DNA of 64,000 bases from Macrostomum hystrix (lineage: Eukaryota; Animalia; Platyhelminthes), in NCBI GenBank assembly GCA_950097015.1, contig CATNEN010000007.1, positions 5,456,001 through 5,520,000 on the forward strand, given 5' to 3'. This document shows, piece after piece, positions 63,901 through 64,000 of this stretch. Position numbers and translations under genes: made by a program. Below the pieces are notes generated by a model. That model saw nothing but the letters and a program-made list of their open reading frames with translations, did not search any database and was not told the DNA's origin. Numbering within the stretch: the stretch's first letter is position 1; the number at the start of each line of letters is the position of its first letter.

Positions 63901-63912
63901 GTTCGGGCGCCA
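63901..63912 (-). promoter_or_regulatory. Primer binding site, tRNA-Lys(UUU) type
   Basis: TGGCGCCCGAAC directly after the LTR-terminal CA; matches the first 12 nt of the known tRNA-Lys3 PBS. Confidence 0.85.
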
Positions 63913-64000
63913 TGTCTTTACTTCAAGTGATTTACGAAGCGAAGCGAGTTGAAGTCATGAAATAAATTGAATCTTCGCAGTAAGAAACCGTCTTTACGGC
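63913..64000 (-). repeat. 5' LTR (partial)
   Basis: 88 nt identical to the 3' LTR end. Confidence 0.92.
63956..64000 (-). other. Spliced-leader exon-like 45-mer in the 5' LTR
   Basis: Identical to 60340-60384. Confidence 0.85.

Larger units (their letters stand above)
60297..64000 (-). mobile_element. BEL/Pao LTR retrotransposon, internally deleted and frameshifted; 5' LTR cut off by the window edge
   Basis: RT LYVDN, Pao RNase H LHGFCDASESAYAACVY and WRHVPGELNPADLPSRG, integrase zinc finger and GVDYCGP core, C-terminal WKMGVV...GRDGAVRS; LTRs, PBS and PPT present. Confidence 0.95.

Noticed and set aside
63991-64000. Window ends exactly at the first base of the SL-like sequence
   Set aside because: Cannot be separated from coincidence of windowing; the 3' LTR shows the sequence continues into U3

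Overview
Eukaryotic genomic DNA, most likely from a Macrostomum-like flatworm (inferred from a spliced-leader-like sequence and minisatellite-filled introns). Left half: a multi-exon tomosyn/STXBP5 gene on the minus strand (ATG 25938; its 3' end runs off the window). Middle and right, plus strand: a tight cluster of a C2H2 zinc-finger gene, an uncharacterised ORF and YEATS4/GAS41; a probable orphan multi-exon gene; then NTPCR and ERCC6L/PICH. Right end: an internally deleted BEL/Pao LTR retrotransposon. Main findings: (1) both LTRs carry a 45-nt near-copy of the flatworm trans-spliced leader (SL) exon, ending in AUG; (2) a hammerhead ribozyme sits between Pol III A and B boxes in a tRNA-like element within a tomosyn intron; (3) YEATS4 appears to lack its own start codon and may use the SL-terminal AUG; (4) the gene clusters look like SL-resolved operons whose spacers are expanded by minisatellites. 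Exon coordinates were read by eye and homologies come from memory; no database was searched.
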